In this document: positions 34,435 to 36,960 of the stretch, in pieces
Layout of the letters: every line of letters begins with the position of its first letter
Numbering within the stretch: the stretch's first letter is position 1
Assembly (NCBI RefSeq): GCF_006345805.1
Contig: NW_021835878.1
Location: 1-36,960 of the forward strand
DNA from: Octopus sinensis
Taxonomy: Eukaryota
DNA: 36,960 nucleotides
Reading direction: 5' to 3'
The notes under the pieces: model-generated
Told to the model about the DNA's origin: nothing
The model's database searches: none
What the model saw: only the letters and a program-made list of their open reading frames with translations
Translations under genes and position numbers: made by a program

Positions 34435-34533
34435 GATGCTGGACGACCGTGCCTTGGCCACTAAATCTGCCACTGGAAAACAGTTGGAACATACTTTCTC
34501 TTGCTTCTCAAGACCCAGCTGGGGCAAAAAGAT
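34435..34533 (-). CDS. Exon A: [33 protein letters not shown] (C-terminal end of FYVE-like finger)
   Basis: Acceptor tttttttctatttacag, donor gtaagt, 99 nt, phase 0/0. LPQLGLEK..KVCxxCF resembles the last Zn-binding CxxC segment of FYVE domains. Confidence 0.88.
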
Positions 34534-34589
34534 CTGTAAATAGAAAAAAATAGAAATATATACACAGCTTCAATATACATACATGCACA

Positions 34590-34590
34590 C

Positions 34591-34660
<70 letters not shown>

Positions 34661-34687
34661 CATATATTTATATACATATATTATATT

Positions 34688-34734
<47 letters not shown>

Positions 34735-34755
34735 TTATATACATATATATATATT

Positions 34756-34801
<46 letters not shown>

Positions 34802-34867
34802 TATATACATATATATATATTTATATACATATATATAATATATATATATTTTATATATATATAATAG

Positions 34868-34913
<46 letters not shown>

Positions 34914-34972
34914 ATCTATATATATTTATATATATATCTATATCTATATTTATATATATATTTATATATATA

Positions 34973-35029
<57 letters not shown>

Positions 35030-35206
35030 CTATATATATATTTATATATATCTTATATATATTTATATATATATTATATATATATCTATATATATATTTA
35101 TATATATATTTATATATATATATATATCTTTTATATATAATATCTATATATATATTTATATATATATCTATATATATATTTATATATATTTTTTTATATA
35201 TTAATA

Positions 35207-35255
<49 letters not shown>

Positions 35256-35260
35256 CCTTA
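34590..35260. repeat. (TA)n tract (other long TA/TACA tracts at about 16820-17290, 18570-19030, 19660-19935, 28985-29245)
   Basis: Direct inspection. Confidence 0.95.
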
Positions 35261-36039
35261 AATCCTTAAAAGTTTTAGCTTGAAGGCCGTGGCCATGCTG
35301 GGGCACCGCCGCTGAATGAGCTACACTAATATGTGAATCCACCTCTGATACGTGGCACTTGATCAATAAGGGAGTTCGATGCCGCTGCCCGCATCTGTGT
35401 CTCCTGTCGTGAGGTAGGTTCATCTGGGACCCCCCGACAAGAAGAGATCCAGTTTAGTTTAAAGAAACCCACATACACACCATGTAAGTCTCTCAGCATT
35501 TAGGGAGGGATTATATATATATACACTGCATATCATCGCCCGGCATTGCTCGGGTTTGTAAGGGAAATAACTATAAAGCATTTTTAGAGAGTTATAGCCA
35601 AAAAATAGCAAAAAATGCATTAAAAATGGAAAAAATATGATGGTAAATTTTTTTTAAAATCTTTGACTCATCGTAGGCATTTTTAGAGAGTTACTTCCCT
35701 TTATTTAAAAAATATGCTTTAAAATGGAAAAAAATGATGGTAAATTATTTTTAAAATCGTAGACTCATCGTAGATGCGCGCTAATACCCAGAAGGGCTCG
35801 ATATGAATCATGACTATAAGATACCCGCTTTTGGTTAAACTGCACCGCAAAATGTGGGAGTAGTTAGGAATCTAAATCGTAGGGGACAGACACTCACACA
35901 ACTTCACTTTTATATATATAGATATATTCAAATGAATATGGTACTTAATTTAGATGCACCAGAATTCTGTATGGTGTTATCCATATAAATCCATTGGGTG
36001 ATTATAATCAAAATAAGCAACAAGAATGACTCCGGTAAT

Positions 36040-36123
36040 TCGGTACGATCGTTTCGTACTACAATCATTTATTAAATGTTGTAAGTATTACAACAGTTTT
36101 AAAATCGAGTACTCATCAGCCAA
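36040..36123 (-). ncRNA. Type I hammerhead ribozyme motif, intact core
   Basis: uugg-CUGAUGA-GUACU...AGUAC-GAAA-CGAUCG-UA-ccga. Loop II contains an 8-bp hairpin, uguuguaa/uuacaaca. Confidence 0.78.
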
Positions 36124-36373
36124 TATAGAGGTTTTCCATTAATACAAAAATTTTCATATCAATGTGTAACATAGAAGAGAAGGTAGATATATAGACAAAG
36201 ATGTGGATTTAAATATTAAGAACATAAATGTTAAGAACATAGATGTTAAGAACATCTTATATCTGTCATAATACTTACAACATTTAATAAAATGATGTGG
36301 TATGAAACGATCGTACCAAATTACCGGAGTCATTCTTGTTGCTTATTTTGATTATATATATATAGATATATAT

Positions 36374-36431
<58 letters not shown>

Positions 36432-36486
36432 ATATATATATATATATATATATCTACATATACACACACACACATTCATTAACATT

Positions 36487-36640
36487 GGCTGTGTGGTAAG
36501 TAGCTTGCTTACCAACCACATGGTTCCGGGTTCAGTCCCACTGCGTGGCACCTTAGGCAAGTGTCTTCTACTATAGCCTCGAGCTGACCAAATCCTTGTG
36601 AGTGGATTTGGTAGACGGAAACTGAAAGAAGCCCGTTGTA
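36487..36640 (+). mobile_element. tRNA-derived SINE head
   Basis: Family match with A/B-box-like motifs. Confidence 0.8.
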
Positions 36641-36654
36641 TATATATATATATA

Positions 36655-36864
36655 TTCAAAATGTGACCTCGTGTGTACCGTTGGCGATTTTTTTCCCTCT
36701 GTCTTCCCTTCTCTGGATCTTTCCTTCTCCTTTGTTTCCGACGAAGAGCTCCGCTCGAAACGTTAAACCCTCCTTCTTTCCTTCTTTCCTGAGAGTCCAA
36801 TAATACTTTATTGTTCCACGTCCTCGCCGTTGGTGGTGTTTTTTTGTGCTTTTCTTGTTCGGAT

Positions 36865-36870
<6 letters not shown>
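36655..36870 (+). mobile_element. Second copy of the 305-535 hammerhead-bearing repeat
   Basis: Sequence match to 305-535 in the opposite orientation. Confidence 0.6.
36734..36768 (+). ncRNA. Minimal hammerhead-like motif, variant core CCGACGA
   Basis: guuu-CCGACGA-A-GAGC(ucc)GCUC-GAAA-CG-UU-aaac. Confidence 0.5.
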
Positions 36871-36908
<38 letters not shown>

Positions 36909-36960
36909 ATTATAATATATATTTATATATGTATATATATATATGTATATATATATATAT

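Larger units (their letters stand above)
765..34533 (-). other. Multi-exon protein-coding gene (5' part outside window): FYVE-like zinc-finger end followed by ARM-like repeats
   Basis: Exons 34435-34533, 29768-29833, 27695-27760, 24195-24286, 22149-22243, 20033-20220, 16480-16554, 14621-14740, 8806-8937, 6050-6180 and 4091/4111-4205 (plus possibly 765-826) all have AG/GT boundaries. They join with matching phases (0,0,0,2,1,0,0,0,0,2) into one stop-free reading frame. Confidence 0.88.

Noticed and set aside
35280-35470. RRHRCG-containing ORF as the missing FYVE core exon
   Set aside because: It does not match R(R/K)HHCRxCG and is a dispersed repeat also present at about 14370-14490.

Overview
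AT-rich, microsatellite-dense eukaryotic genomic DNA. The SINE/LINE families and (TA)n/(CAT)n load look like an octopus (coleoid cephalopod) genome; this is inferred from recalled repeat sequences, not from a search. None of the supplied ORFs is a complete gene, and most are simple-repeat artefacts. Splicing by hand on the minus strand gives 11 (possibly 12) phase-compatible GT-AG exons from 34533 down to 4091 (or 765). They encode about 390-405 aa: the C-terminal end of a FYVE-like zinc finger followed by armadillo (ARM)-like helical repeats. The 5' exons lie beyond the right edge. The intervening DNA contains tRNA-derived SINEs, RTE-type LINE 3' ends, MITEs, SINE-derived tandem arrays and many foldback palindromes. 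It also holds at least 14 type I hammerhead-ribozyme-like motifs in several families (intact and variant cores), often inside or beside inverted repeats, as expected for Penelope-like pseudo-LTR remnants. No prokaryotic features, CRISPR arrays, rRNA or true tRNA genes were seen.
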